64,000 nucleotides of DNA from Felis catus (taxonomy: Eukaryota). The notes beneath the pieces are model-generated. The model worked only from the letters and a program-made list of their open reading frames with translations, made no database searches and was not told the DNA's origin. Shown here piece after piece: positions 63,328 through 64,000 of this stretch (positions are counted from its first letter, which is position 1; each line of letters opens with the position of its first letter). Both the position numbers and the translations under genes were made by a program. Location: positions 78,556,001 through 78,620,000 of the forward strand of contig NC_058368.1 in NCBI RefSeq assembly GCF_018350175.1. Reading direction: 5' to 3'.

Positions 63328-64000
63328 TGTTACTGAGAACACCGGACAAGGGTGGGCCGGACTAGCTAGTGAGGGTGCTGGTAGCCCCAGCCCCAGCCCT
63401 GCCTTCCTCAGAGCCTACTGTGAATCCAGGGAACACCCCCCTCCCCTCAGGATCGGGGTCACCACCCCTCAAACAGCTGTGATGAAGTGGCACTTAGGAT
63501 GTTACCACATGGGATGTTTTCTATGTTCCCACGTGCTCCCAGGTCCTGGGAAGCAGGTCACATCTCCTGTCCCATGGAAGTGTCTCTTCCACTTACTCTG
63601 AGGACACCACAGCGGCCCTTCCACGCAGGTCCTGCCCGGCACACACACGGGCATGTTCTGTGTTCTACGTCTCTGTTCTTCTGCCGAACATAGACAATTT
63701 CACCAAACGCCAACATCAGACACTCTGTGTCTGTGAAGGATCAAGACAAACATGAGATCCCTCCGTTATCCTTGTGAACACGGACAGAAACATGGACCTT
63801 ATTCAAGCTTCAGATATAAACTTCCCCCACGATAGGATATGAGAGATGCTCACATCAGCTCCAGCTTTAGTCTCTCTCTCCTCTTCCCTCCTAAGAGATA
63901 AGATGTGTGGACCCCCCGAACACCCTTAGCATTAACCCAGTGTCCTAATGTCATCTGCTCCAGAGAAAACCCTGCATCCTTGAACCCTCCCCCAAGCCAC
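63328..64000 (+). mobile_element. Probable ERV LTR, cut by the window end
   Basis: Abrupt TGTTACTGAGAAC start, shift to C-rich composition and LTR-like motifs; 3' end not visible. Confidence 0.5.

Noticed and set aside
1..64000. CRISPR arrays, operons, rRNA or other prokaryotic systems
   Set aside because: The sequence is mammalian; recurring motifs are dispersed SINEs, not repeat-spacer arrays.

Overview
Mammalian, carnivore (felid-type) genomic DNA. It holds about 25 tRNA-derived Can-SINEs (SINEC_Fc-like, many with intact target-site duplications), several L1 fragments, MaLR/ERV LTRs, MER DNA transposons, MIR/L2/CR1 remnants and microsatellites. Almost all entries in the ORF track are repeat artefacts. 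The main non-repeat signal is a chain of minus-strand GT-AG exon candidates from a TATA/ATG exon at ~54.8 kb to a terminal exon and AATAAA at ~22.0-21.3 kb. Joined, they read as three diverged tandem copies of a domain resembling the retro-integrase zinc-binding (H2C2-like) module of NOL4/KRBA2-type proteins. The first and last exons are open, while the middle exons carry in-frame stops, one exactly at a Cys ligand position. This suggests a decaying (unitary pseudo)gene of domesticated-transposon type that I cannot name. Two plus-strand first-exon/promoter candidates (10.9 kb, 44.5 kb) suggest it may lie antisense inside an intron of a larger unidentified gene. Exon models and repeat family names were made by eye and need computational confirmation.
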